NCBI GenBank assembly: GCA_037443035.1
Contig: JBBIPC010000007.1
Location: 72,876 to 136,875 of the forward strand
Length of the DNA: 64,000 nucleotides
Origin: Chthonomonadales bacterium
Lineage (GTDB): Bacteria > Armatimonadota > Chthonomonadetes > Chthonomonadales > CAJBBX01
Direction of reading: 5' to 3'
How positions within the stretch are numbered: the stretch's first letter is position 1; the number at the start of each line of letters is the position of its first letter. Of this stretch, positions 47,501 through 56,641 are shown piece by piece. The notes beneath the pieces were generated by a model. It did no database searches and was not told where the DNA came from. It was given only the letters and a program-made list of their open reading frames with translations. Made by a program: the position numbers and the translations under genes.

Positions 47501-49516
47501 GGGAGCAGTTACCAGGTTCAGAGGCTCCCCCTTCACGCTGAAGGGGATTGCGCGCACGGACGCTGGCTGGCCCGTGCGAGGGCTCACGTTCACGTAGATC
47601 ATCTTGTCCGTGGCGCCGGTCAGGTCATCCCGCACGTATCCCACCGTCGGAGCACTGCGGAGCGGCTCGGTGCCAGGTGCGTCCGGCACCAGCCCCTCGC
47701 CGGTTCCCGCGGGGCTGCCAATGTGGAAGGGGCTTCCGCCGGTCGCCGGGTCTATGGCCAGTACTCGCCCACCTGCGCTCGTGCTCAGCGCGGCAAAGAT
47801 GACACCCTCCGAGAAGGCGACCGCGGGCACGGGATCCGTCGGCCCGAGCCCATAGTCTGTTGCGCCCGTCTGAGCAGGCAGAACCGCCCAGTCAGCGACC
47901 GTGTAATCCGCGAGACCTGCGTACTGAACCCCGTTCACCGTTCTCAATGCCACTGGCAATGCACGCACCGCCACCACCGTGCCGTTGGAGAGCACGACGA
48001 CGACCAGCTCGCGGTTCGGCGACGTCAGCAGCCCGGGCGCCGCTGGTGGATTGGTGTCGAAGAACTCGATCACGGTTGGAGTGGACGCGCCACTGATGGG
48101 TCCGTACTGCTTTAGGTCGAACGCCCAGACGCAGTCGAAGGACGCGCCCGCGTTCAGATCCACCAGACCGTCATCCGGATTGCCGTCTCCGTCCAGATCC
48201 TCTCCTGGATTCGTATCGAAGCAGCGCAAGACGAGGTCGCCACCTACGGCGAAGACGCATCTTCGCAGGAACGCGGCTCCGCCTACTCTGGACGTTCCTC
48301 CTCCAGGAGCCGACCACTTCTCATCGAGCTGGGCAGGCACTCCCTCGATAGCCGAGCCACTTCGCCGCGGATCCACGAAGGCAGTGCGATGCGCCACCGC
48401 CCAAAGCGCCAGGTTGTAGGCGAATTTCAGGTCCTGGGGCTTGGCCGCCAAGAGGTTCTGGCCGCTGATGGCTCCACAGTTGCCGCCGAATCCCACCTGC
48501 ACTCCGCCCACATAGTCGTTGATTGCGCACCCTGTGTCTTGCGAGCTGACGACTAGCTTGCCTGCGCCCACTGCACCGGCGATTACGTAGGGGCGCCAGT
48601 TGGCGTTGGCCGTTCCGCCGGGGCCTTCCGGGTATCCGCGCGTGTTCCATACGACGGGCACGAGTGTCTCCCGTCCCGGAGGGTTCAGGGCGTTCTTGCC
48701 AGCAGACGGATCATAGTAGGTGGGGTCCGATGGATCGTAGGGATTGAAGACGTACCACCCACCGACGTTCTTGTCACCCAGCGTCCGCACCTCCTGAGGG
48801 CTCAGGACGTAGGGGTAGTTCAATAAGGGATGGTTCGGGGTGGCGATGACGGCTCCCGGCTGTCCAGGACCACCGGCCGATCCGCCGCTATGGAACTGGA
48901 TGTCGAATAGGAACGGAGCGTAACGGTTGAAGGTGAAGCCCCCGCACTGCTCCACCCACAGGGTGCCGCCACTCTCCACATAGCTCCGTAACTTCTCGCG
49001 GGTGTCAGCCGGCAGGGCCACGTCTGGCTTGTGCGAGTGCATGTACAGCAGGTCGAACTGCTGGAGATCCGAGGATTCCAGCGCGTCAATGTTGACCTCC
49101 CAGTAGGCACCCATGTTCTTGGTCACACGTGCACCCACACGGAAGAGCTCGTACATCGGGTTCCCCGGCGTGAACGCGGGATCGTTCCCTCGGCTCCGCC
49201 GCCGCCATCGCTCGTGGATGTCGCCCGTGATAACGGCAGGAGCCAGCGGATTCACGAACTCCACGCCGGTTGGCTTCAGATCCGTCCGCGAGTCCAGCAC
49301 ATAGAACACGTGTGGATCGGGGTTCTCGGAGCCCTGGTTGCCTGGCAGGTCGAGTGCCCGCGTCGCGATGATGCCCACGCGTATCTGGCGCCTCTGCGAG
49401 GAGTACGTCTGGGCGTCAGCGAGGGCAGACCCCGCCGCCAGGACCAGCAGCGCCCCAACCAGCGTGATACGCACACTCAAGCCATATTGCATCGGTCTCA
49501 TCGCCGTATATCCCAT
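44513..49516 (-). CDS. Giant secreted protein (about 1670-1688 aa): DUF4159/GATase1-like N-domain, PQQ-like propeller with a DxDxDG loop, and NHL-like repeats
   Basis: ORF 44513..49579 with a GTG track start that overlaps the upstream gene. ATGs at 49516, 49501 and 49492 precede the signal peptide ...MQYGLSVRITLVGALLVLAAGSALA. Motifs: LLYMHSHKPDVALPADTREKLRSYVESGGTLWVE, and NHL-like ILVVDTGNNRVVAIDRGG, YLIADSGNYRVVEI. Confidence 0.85.
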   Translation of the reverse strand: MGYTAMRPMQYGLSVRITLVGALLVLAAGSALADAQTYSSQRRQIRVGIIATRALDLPGNQGSENPDPHVFYVLDSRTDLKPTGVEFVNPLAPAVITGDIHERWRRRSRGNDPAFTPGNPMYELFRVGARVTKNMGAYWEVNIDALESSDLQQFDLLYMHSHKPDVALPADTREKLRSYVESGGTLWVEQCGGFTFNRYAPFLFDIQFHSGGSAGGPGQPGAVIATPNHPLLNYPYVLSPQEVRTLGDKNVGGWYVFNPYDPSDPTYYDPSAGKNALNPPGRETLVPVVWNTRGYPEGPGGTANANWRPYVIAGAVGAGKLVVSSQDTGCAINDYVGGVQVGFGGNCGAISGQNLLAAKPQDLKFAYNLALWAVAHRTAFVDPRRSGSAIEGVPAQLDEKWSAPGGGTSRVGGAAFLRRCVFAVGGDLVLRCFDTNPGEDLDGDGNPDDGLVDLNAGASFDCVWAFDLKQYGPISGASTPTVIEFFDTNPPAAPGLLTSPNRELVVVVLSNGTVVAVRALPVALRTVNGVQYAGLADYTVADWAVLPAQTGATDYGLGPTDPVPAVAFSEGVIFAALSTSAGGRVLAIDPATGGSPFHIGSPAGTGEGLVPDAPGTEPLRSAPTVGYVRDDLTGATDKMIYVNVSPRTGQPASVRAIPFSVKGEPLNLVTAPDRIFRSRARVPWYIYLGVGSNPALRPRVVAVYRSAADGAYGFRELEYTTSGNPGNNQWHELFDMGEARVKTGPVVEFTNIELPDGTRVGLRSVSPVDEAVTILADYTYDWAPPVGSTYPKVNARSVFVAPDPTDSNNSIGGAPALARNDLLYFTGRASNDSDTYPGRSALIAVHEQGSNQSRVRWTYSLYDAFDMTVNGNRVSIPARMRRSNGVFLTHMRFFGTPAVHGETVYAVASGVAQGGQPVSVLCAFKADPEFVLRLNTRIDPGTRVRVRQPNLFVDRGGQQEPWIELAAGQYTVDYESGTIHITAMAPPGAIAAAYISASVPFVVQVGNGPEVVSIPTRADSDGWRRGGPDNVDNLLWFSVLPAPAASSPTVLGDIVWVGLADGSVVSVDADPAASNPEFQATGSEVPYRWVTAPLAVRGDVVPAQPAIAAPAVSGGVMAMATGAGVFAMEDTVTLIADSGRLLEVNAAGEAVWACDGTRTFDIANGPLTDYTDPTNPIIGTGIPAGQRVPFRRPSVARRIGNNDILVVDTGNNRVVAIDRGGYARWEVSRFQDDYKGLLRPGDPMVLNEPTDCSYWVEFQPNLAIQGGPYSYTGPGYVMHYLIADSGNYRVVEIIDVVKASGEPLMVRQLNYVSSTLARQGKRYRYRAVQRIVMRNSELPALPSYWRENPYDPNAMPLDLRYLTVATVSNARMVDRNVPLTATVGSGEALESGGGSVAILKETGDPLAVVTNLRIPVDSGGTPSVRIQPILNPTWLSSFKEMEGGNLVTKFLLADANGVYQVRLNFVDHPDNSPPYIEPVFDVEWLLTAEDYFAMTGKRLQASCVVRLTASAENPTFPTLRQYLIANRFSGEDYPGVFGTTVNVISSSAFHGEVFVVKPSTFHFGSGHGYVPDYGVISSPLGNFLWPNDGGTYIINGVTQQVPQASIIRRVPSESVPRPPYAVIHRPGDTNTTFGGDPPGGIRRTVGDKDRGTWTSILEQPAFADRPY

Positions 49517-49542
49517 CGCCACCGGCCGTTCTGTGCGCACCG

Positions 49543-52500
49543 CTACCGATCCTCGCCGAAGTACACGAATCCAGGACACACTGGCAAGCGCGGCAGCGGT
49601 GGAAGCGTCCGGCCGTAATCATCTTGTCGGAAACTTCCGCGCGCGACGTGCGCCCAACCGTTGCGCCGGTAGAAACTCCCGCCAGTCGGGCTGTAGTTGG
49701 AGTAGGGTGCGCCAAGCGCCGGATCATAGAGAATGCGCAGGCCACGGGTGATGCCCGCCGTCCGCTCGATCTGCGCACGAAAGTCGTTCGTTGCGGGGTT
49801 GCCTGTCGGCATACCCACGTCCGTGACGAAGAGATGCTCGCGAGGCACTTCTGCGGCAGTTGTCGAGCTCGGGCTTTCGCCCGTCGAACCGTAGCGCTGG
49901 GGGATGTAGCCCCAGAGCTGCATCCACGCCGCCTGATCCGCCACAGACGCCGTTCGGTTCTCGGCGATGGCCCCGACGATGGTGATTCGGCAGTCAATCG
50001 GCTCGCCGTAGAACGGGAACTCGTCGGCAACTCCGGCTGGCCGTAGCATGGTTCCCTGCTGAGCACCCGAGGCAGCATGACGCCGCCGAGCGGCATCCCG
50101 CGTGTCAGACGGATCCACATTCAGCGGATAACCGGGGATCACGAAGAACGATCCCTCCTGCGCATAGAGCACTGCCTCGATCCGAACATCCATGGGCACG
50201 ATGGCAGCACGCGAGAAGAGATAGTCCTGCGTACCGGCCCCCGAAGTGAAGTTCGGGTCCACGGCCGGACGGATCGTGTTCTTCACGCCGGGCTGCGTGA
50301 ATAGCGTATAGCTCGTACCGCCGAACGGGAACGAAAACCGCTGCTGTTCGAAGAGGTCCACGCCTGGCTGCGTGCCGTTGTACATGGGATAGACCCATGC
50401 GGGCACCGGCGGATTAGCGCTCACGTTGAACCTGTAGAAAGGATCGCCGGGCGACGGTGGCGGATATGCCTCGTTGATCGCCAGGTTGAGATACGTGATG
50501 CCGGGTGGTGCGCCGTGTCGCATGAGCAGGAACGGTCCGCCAGCAAGTGTGTACTGGGTCGGGTCGTCGCCGAACGCGAACTCCAGCGCGAATGGTGGCG
50601 TCCGTGCGGCCTCACCCAGATCGATGTTGGTATGGTAGGGCGGAAGCTCGTTCTGGTTGCTCGAAGCGAAGGTCATGGGCTTGTTGGGCGCCACGAACAT
50701 CGTCGTATTGACAACCACGTTCTCGCGAGCCAGCAACGCGATCATGGACCCTGCGCTCCGGTCGGCATTGGGCCCGCCGGTGTTCTCGCGTACCAGGCTT
50801 CCCTCTATATAGATGTTCCTTCCGGAAACCAACGTGATGGAGGGCGGGTTCACGGCATCGCGGATGGCGTCGGCCGTCAGGCCATCCGTGTCACCGGCCT
50901 CCTGCCGAATAGGAATGTTGGCAACGGCAGGCAGAAGCCCTTTGACTCTCACGTTGCCTTCGGCGTAGATGACACCGTTGAACTCCGGCAAGAACCTGTT
51001 GATCTCGGCATCCGTCATGCCCTGGTCATTGGCCAAGAAGTCCCTGTACAGCGCGTTGTCCAGCTTGAGTACGGGGCGGCGTCCCGCTGCTTTGTAGATG
51101 AAAAAGGTGAACACCTGCTCCCGCGTTCGAATGAGGCCGCTGGGGTCCACCCACATGGCGTCGCTGACGTCTCGAACGATGCGAAAGCCAGGCGTACGGA
51201 CGTAGCTGCCAGGTATGGGGGCTCCGTTGACGTCCCGCTCTTGCACGATCGGATACCCGAACTCGATCATGGCAGCCGGCGGAATGTAGTAGGGCCCGTT
51301 CCAATAGGGGCTGGAACCCGGTCGGAGCCATACGGAGCGGAGGGACTGTCCGCCTGCGACGCCTGTCGTCTCCAGTTCGCGGCTTCGCGTGTTGTTGATG
51401 TAGATGCCTGCGCCAAGGCCGATGCGGCCGGTATTCACCCATCCGCCACGCGTTCTCCGGCGCAGGGTCCACCCTGAATCCCTCGTCAACAGCACGTACC
51501 GCCCAACACCCGAAGAGGGATCCGAGGCGTCTATGCTCGGCGGTTCCAGCCGGCTGATGCTCCGCGCGTAGCCGTTGATGTCCGGGGTCGGCGCGGCATC
51601 TCGGATGAGGCCACCGTACGTGCGATACGCTGGCGCGTCGCTGGGCAGGATCACAGGCAGGCCCGTGCCGGTACCCAGCGGCGGCGGCAGGGGATCCACG
51701 TTACCCGCATTGACCGACAGGTCGTTGATACGCGGCAGTTGTCTCGTGGGATCGTTGGGATCGGCGGGTTCCACCTTCACATTGCCAGCCACGTAGACAG
51801 CCTCGCTGTTCCGTGGATTCAGTGCGATGGTCACGTTATGGAGCAGCCGCAGGTCCCCGTTGATGTACATAGGTGCGCCGGGCAGGGGATAGCTAGCCGG
51901 TGGCGCGTTCAGACCGACCGGACGCACTGGTAGGCCACCTAGCTGCATCCACGCCGGCACACCGATGGGAGGCATTCCGATGGCAGCCTCGAACTTGCTT
52001 TCCTTGTCCCGGTTGGTGACGAACCGCAGGTAATCGGTGATACCGATGGCCTTGTGGGCGATCCGACGCCGCATGAGCCTCGGTGCAGGCGCCGCGGTGA
52101 AGGTGGTCGGGTCCTGGGGATCCACGAAACCAGGCCGGCCGATGGACTCGATCCGCAGGTACTTCCCGAGCGGCTTCTGAGGATCGGGTTCCATGCTGAC
52201 CCGTACCAGGGCTCGGCCGCGGCTCAAAGGTATGCGTGTGTAGAGACCCGTCTCCAGCCAGCGTCGGTCCGGATCACGGGCGTCGGTCAGAGGCGTGGGC
52301 GTTGGTCGCCAGTCGGCTCCCTCTGGGCTGTTCTCCAGGAAGTCGCTGACATACCTGATGCCTGCATCGGCCAGGGCCGCTGCCGAGACAGTCTCGCGGG
52401 CCCGACCAGCGTTGAGGAGGTTTCGAGCGACGAGACCCACGAACAGCCCACCGATGAAAAGCATGACGAACAGCGCAATGACGGCCACGATGAGGGATTG

Positions 52501-52566
52501 GCCGCGTTCGTGGCGCCGGTCGCGTCTGACGTCCAGTTGGTACCTCATGTCGCTTCTGGTCCTCAT
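49543..52566 (-). CDS. PilX/GspK-like giant pilin-like protein (1007 aa) lacking Glu+5
   Basis: The ATG at 52566 is preceded by AGGAG. The N-terminus ...RRHERGQSLIVAVIALFVMLFIGGLFV...AAALADAGIRYV has the PilX_N/GspK pattern: a hydrophobic helix after RG, with no E at +5. Confidence 0.75.
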   Translation of the reverse strand: MRTRSDMRYQLDVRRDRRHERGQSLIVAVIALFVMLFIGGLFVGLVARNLLNAGRARETVSAAALADAGIRYVSDFLENSPEGADWRPTPTPLTDARDPDRRWLETGLYTRIPLSRGRALVRVSMEPDPQKPLGKYLRIESIGRPGFVDPQDPTTFTAAPAPRLMRRRIAHKAIGITDYLRFVTNRDKESKFEAAIGMPPIGVPAWMQLGGLPVRPVGLNAPPASYPLPGAPMYINGDLRLLHNVTIALNPRNSEAVYVAGNVKVEPADPNDPTRQLPRINDLSVNAGNVDPLPPPLGTGTGLPVILPSDAPAYRTYGGLIRDAAPTPDINGYARSISRLEPPSIDASDPSSGVGRYVLLTRDSGWTLRRRTRGGWVNTGRIGLGAGIYINNTRSRELETTGVAGGQSLRSVWLRPGSSPYWNGPYYIPPAAMIEFGYPIVQERDVNGAPIPGSYVRTPGFRIVRDVSDAMWVDPSGLIRTREQVFTFFIYKAAGRRPVLKLDNALYRDFLANDQGMTDAEINRFLPEFNGVIYAEGNVRVKGLLPAVANIPIRQEAGDTDGLTADAIRDAVNPPSITLVSGRNIYIEGSLVRENTGGPNADRSAGSMIALLARENVVVNTTMFVAPNKPMTFASSNQNELPPYHTNIDLGEAARTPPFALEFAFGDDPTQYTLAGGPFLLMRHGAPPGITYLNLAINEAYPPPSPGDPFYRFNVSANPPVPAWVYPMYNGTQPGVDLFEQQRFSFPFGGTSYTLFTQPGVKNTIRPAVDPNFTSGAGTQDYLFSRAAIVPMDVRIEAVLYAQEGSFFVIPGYPLNVDPSDTRDAARRRHAASGAQQGTMLRPAGVADEFPFYGEPIDCRITIVGAIAENRTASVADQAAWMQLWGYIPQRYGSTGESPSSTTAAEVPREHLFVTDVGMPTGNPATNDFRAQIERTAGITRGLRILYDPALGAPYSNYSPTGGSFYRRNGWAHVARGSFRQDDYGRTLPPLPRLPVCPGFVYFGEDR

Positions 52567-52578
52567 GTCGCGCCGCTC

Positions 52579-54642
52579 CTACCGCTGCAAGTTCCGCACG
52601 CGTATCTTCTGCGTGAGCGTGGCCGACTGCGGCTGACCGGAGTTGAAATCGTACAGCTTGACACTCACCGCCGCGGTCATGAGTTGGCGGGTCAGGTAGC
52701 TAGCCTTCACTACATCGGAGCTGCGGTTGTTCTGGATCTGGTACGTCACTTCGATGAAGACAGGGTTGCCACTGCCATCTAGGCTCTCCGGCAGTGAATT
52801 CGGAGTTCCGGCCGCGTCGTCTGCACTGTTGAAGATGATGGTCCCAGCACGCTGAATCGTGCGCAACATAGCCTGCACCCGCGGGTCCGGATCCGTGATG
52901 GATAGGTTCGCGTTGGCGATGTTGGCATAGTTGATCAGATACTCGTTGGGTCCAAGGCGCTTAGGATCCGTGTACCGAGGTGCCCGCGTGTACGTGATCG
53001 GCTGACCATAGTGTGGCCCCGGCCGCATGTCCGGTCCTACCACTGTTTCGGATCCCGGCACGATGCGCACGTCGGGGATGCGCGCCAACGCAGGCTGAGG
53101 ATCCGCCGGATTGTCTGCAGGCAACATGCCGGTGGGGTTCTCGGTCGCGTCGTACGGCAGGAGCGACACGGTACGGTATGCGTTCAGCGCGTTACCAGCC
53201 GTGGTACGAACATAGTTGAACTCAGCGTTTGCCTGCGACGGCCGGATCCTGGTCGGCTCGCTTGCTCCACTCTGAGTGATGCTATGCGGGAAGGCGAAGT
53301 TGATAACTCCGCGCCTCTCGTCCACGGTGAACATGAGGAACCGCCCCGGCACCATGGTTGCCGGCAGCGCCCACGGCCGCTTCGGATCGAAGCCCGTGTC
53401 TTGGGCGCTCATGATGGTGCCCGAGGTCGTGTCGAAAGTCACGTATTGCACGTTATGGCCGGTCACACCATCCCAGAAGAAGTACTCCAGCGGTTGAGCT
53501 GCCAGGTCGCTCCGATAGACGTAGGTCGCGAACGGAATGGCCCAGTGGCCGTAAGACTGTATCTCGGCGCTCGGCGGTACGCTGGGTGCCTCCGAGCTTG
53601 TGTCATCCGTGGAGCTAGGCACGCCCGGATCGTTGCCGATATAGGACGGCTGGAAGCGCACCTCCGGCGATATCCGCATGCGAGGCAGTCCGGCAACCGT
53701 GTCGTACACCGGATCGCCGTTGATGTCCCTCGTAGCCGTCACCATGTCGGCACGATCTACCGGCACGAGGGAGCGAGCAATGGCCTTCCAGTTCTCGCTG
53801 TAGTTCACCTGCCCGTCTCCGTTCAGGTCCTTCCAGCCAGGCATGGCAGGCGACGTGATGGAGGGATCGGACGGCTGCTGCACGACATCGTTGTCGTAGA
53901 AGAAGTTGGCATCGGCCAGTGCGCGGTCCACTGTACCGTGCCGTCCCAGGTTGATGAGCCTCGTGTCCACGCTGCCGTTGCGCGTGTACACGGAAAACAC
54001 GGCGCGGTACAGCAGGAACGTGTTATGGTCGTCATCGAGCAGAGTGGGGTTGCGCTTGCTCTCGTAGATATTGACATAGGGCTTGATGGGACGTCCGCTG
54101 GTGCCATACGTCCCGTCCGCCATAGTCGCGTTGTCGCGCAGGCCGATCCAATAGCGGTGGATCACACGCCCTGGCGCCACCGGCAGGGCAAGGTCGCCTC
54201 GTGCTTCCTCCACAGGCAGCCCGGTCGTCGGATCGATTGGAATGGTCGGGTCCAACGTCGGGTTCTGGTCGTTCACCCTCGCAGGTGGCACCAGGTCCAT
54301 TCTCGCAAATGGTACGCCCATGGGCACTGCAGGCATGGCGCCCGTCCCACGTGGTGAACGAGGATCCGGCACCCAGAAGTTCACATCCTGTCCGCTATTG
54401 TCGAACACGAACACACCGTCGGCGATGTCCCGTTCGATCTGTTCCATGACCTGACGAGCCGCATCCTGGGCCAGCACCTGCACGCGCGCCCGGTTGGTCA
54501 GGTTGAACCCCTGGATCATGGGTCCGAAGAGAAGCCCTAGCAGGATGACGGTGATCGCCATGACCACCAGCATCTCCACGAGGGTGAAACCCCTCTGGCG
54601 GTTTGCTTGGACGCTATGCCTAAAGGCGAAGCCAGGTGTCAT
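52579..54642 (-). CDS. PilW-like prepilin-type protein (687 aa)
   Basis: The N-terminus ...ANRQRG|FTLVEMLVVMAITVILLGLLF has prepilin-type cleavage/methylation features: G-1, F+1, E+5. It is followed by ...AARQVMEQIERDIADG (PilW-like). Confidence 0.8.
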   Translation of the reverse strand: MTPGFAFRHSVQANRQRGFTLVEMLVVMAITVILLGLLFGPMIQGFNLTNRARVQVLAQDAARQVMEQIERDIADGVFVFDNSGQDVNFWVPDPRSPRGTGAMPAVPMGVPFARMDLVPPARVNDQNPTLDPTIPIDPTTGLPVEEARGDLALPVAPGRVIHRYWIGLRDNATMADGTYGTSGRPIKPYVNIYESKRNPTLLDDDHNTFLLYRAVFSVYTRNGSVDTRLINLGRHGTVDRALADANFFYDNDVVQQPSDPSITSPAMPGWKDLNGDGQVNYSENWKAIARSLVPVDRADMVTATRDINGDPVYDTVAGLPRMRISPEVRFQPSYIGNDPGVPSSTDDTSSEAPSVPPSAEIQSYGHWAIPFATYVYRSDLAAQPLEYFFWDGVTGHNVQYVTFDTTSGTIMSAQDTGFDPKRPWALPATMVPGRFLMFTVDERRGVINFAFPHSITQSGASEPTRIRPSQANAEFNYVRTTAGNALNAYRTVSLLPYDATENPTGMLPADNPADPQPALARIPDVRIVPGSETVVGPDMRPGPHYGQPITYTRAPRYTDPKRLGPNEYLINYANIANANLSITDPDPRVQAMLRTIQRAGTIIFNSADDAAGTPNSLPESLDGSGNPVFIEVTYQIQNNRSSDVVKASYLTRQLMTAAVSVKLYDFNSGQPQSATLTQKIRVRNLQR

Positions 54643-54655
54643 CGTCGTGCCTGCC

Positions 54656-56548
54656 TCAGTTCGAACCTCTGGTCAGGAATGTGTCCAGGTCGTTGCGTCG
54701 CCAACGAAGCGTCGTCACGTTGGAGCCACCGGCGGTCCGTGTCACAGTGGCGCCGCCGTTCCACACCACACGAACCTTGAACGAGATGCCTTCTACACCC
54801 TGTGCGACGACGACCGGCTGGTCCAGCGCCCACCCAACGGCCTGATCCGTCGGCGAGTTGTGGTTGTCCAGCAGGTCGATCCAGGTCAAGAAGCCGAAGC
54901 CCATGCTCTGGAACAGGAGGGGATCGGCGTTGATCCGATAGGTCTCGTTGGTACCGCGTCGCAACGTGATGGTATTCGTCAGGGTATTCAGCGAGTAGTA
55001 CCAGAACTCGCGGATGTTGATGGTCTTCCCCGCTTCCATGAGCGAGAAATACATGCGGGTAGGCTCGCCTTTGTAGCGGCCACCGCCAAGGTAGAACTCT
55101 CCATAGCCTAGGTTGGACGTGTTTGTGCGGGACATTCTGTAGCTCGCCGCCGCCTTCTGGATCTGCACACCCCAATCACCGTGTGCCTTGTAATAGAAGC
55201 GGAAAGTCGGCGATTCGTTCCGCATGCGGTAGGCGTCGCCGTAGGCATCACTGAACGTGACGATACCGTCCTTGTAGTTGACGGTATACTCGCTGGCCGG
55301 CACCTCTTCGCCGTTGGAGAGGTTGTAGATGAGCACCGACACTGGCGGGCTAGCCGGATCTCTCCAAATCCCCGTGTACTTCCGCTGGTCGCTCTCGTAT
55401 TCACCGACTCGCTTGATGTTCTTCAGGGTCAGTCGCACGGTGTACGGCGGTCCACCCGGAAGGGGACGGTCATCGCGAATGATGTGCCAGTCGAGAACGT
55501 TGTAGTCTATCTTCGCCGTCAGTGGCACATTGCCATAGGCCGAACGTTCCACGTAGTCTCTTCCGCGCGGGTTGAAGATCAGCACGCCTACCGTGGCGTA
55601 CGGAGCCACTTGCGGCGTCCTGGGCAGCACGGCGTACTCATAGGGGTCGCTGGAGAAGGCAGGTGGATAGGGTAGGCGCACGAACTCGCGGGAGACCGTA
55701 TCGCTCCCGGGAACGATGGTCCTGCCGCCTGGCGCGTAGATGGGCTGCCAGACCGGATAAACCCCGGCCGGCACACCGATCTGCTGGGCTGCTACCGTCG
55801 AGATGTCGCCGTTGGGACCGTGGTAGCTGTACGTGATCTTGTACACACGGTTGTAGGGCGCCGGGTAGAAAGCTATCAGCCCATCGTCATAGTCAATGGC
55901 GTATTGCCATAAGTTTCGCAGGTAGGGACCATTGGGATCTTCGGAGCTCTGCACGCTGCGCCGTAGGGGCGCACCCGTAACCACAATGCTGTCCACAGGA
56001 ACGTTGTTGGCGTCCAGTCCAGGGTAGTCGAAGGCAGGTCCAGAGCTCAGGACGTAGACCGATCCGCGCACTCCACCACCCAGGGGGGACGGATTGGGGA
56101 TCCGGACCGTCTCTCCGCGTATCCAGCGGATACGGTTGATGCCGGAGACGTAATAGGGATCTATGCCAGGGGCGACGACCGAAGGCGTGGACATGTCGTC
56201 GGGTGTCGTATCGAGGTCCACCTTGATGTAATAACCCGTGGGCGAGCTAGGATCCTGAACGATGACCGTGGGCAGGACGGCGTCCATGAGGGTGGCCTGG
56301 GCCGTTGAGTACCGGCTCAGCTCCTGGGAAGCCAGTCGGGAGGCGAGCGTTCGGGCTTCGGTCTGCTTGTTGACGAAGAAGCCCACGGGGAACAGGCGTA
56401 CAACGGTAAGGATGCCGATCGTCAGCACCACCATGACGACCAGCACCTCGATAAGCGAGATGCCTCGGCTTCCCAGGAACCGCGGCTGGCGTCGGCTGTT
56501 GCCGTCCGATCCCCTTGGTCGCGGTCCGTTCCTTCCCCTATGTGTCAT
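54656..56548 (-). CDS. PilV-like prepilin-type protein (630 aa) with a long basic leader
   Basis: The ATG at 56548 is preceded by GAGAGG. The N-terminus is MTHRGRNGPRPRGSDGNSRRQPRFLGSRG|ISLIEVLVVMVVLTIGILTVV, with E at +5. Confidence 0.8.
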   Translation of the reverse strand: MTHRGRNGPRPRGSDGNSRRQPRFLGSRGISLIEVLVVMVVLTIGILTVVRLFPVGFFVNKQTEARTLASRLASQELSRYSTAQATLMDAVLPTVIVQDPSSPTGYYIKVDLDTTPDDMSTPSVVAPGIDPYYVSGINRIRWIRGETVRIPNPSPLGGGVRGSVYVLSSGPAFDYPGLDANNVPVDSIVVTGAPLRRSVQSSEDPNGPYLRNLWQYAIDYDDGLIAFYPAPYNRVYKITYSYHGPNGDISTVAAQQIGVPAGVYPVWQPIYAPGGRTIVPGSDTVSREFVRLPYPPAFSSDPYEYAVLPRTPQVAPYATVGVLIFNPRGRDYVERSAYGNVPLTAKIDYNVLDWHIIRDDRPLPGGPPYTVRLTLKNIKRVGEYESDQRKYTGIWRDPASPPVSVLIYNLSNGEEVPASEYTVNYKDGIVTFSDAYGDAYRMRNESPTFRFYYKAHGDWGVQIQKAAASYRMSRTNTSNLGYGEFYLGGGRYKGEPTRMYFSLMEAGKTINIREFWYYSLNTLTNTITLRRGTNETYRINADPLLFQSMGFGFLTWIDLLDNHNSPTDQAVGWALDQPVVVAQGVEGISFKVRVVWNGGATVTRTAGGSNVTTLRWRRNDLDTFLTRGSN

Positions 56549-56641
56549 CGGTCTTGCCTCTCGAGCTCGATCCTACTTCGGTATGTCGTCCATGTAGCCC
56601 CGGTCGGCGGCGTTCCCGCCCCGCACGACCCTGCTGCGCTC

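Noticed and set aside
53011-54357. 448-aa plus-strand ORF antisense to the PilW-like gene
   Set aside because: It has antisense GC-rich artefact composition and no start context. The sense gene has a textbook prepilin N-terminus.
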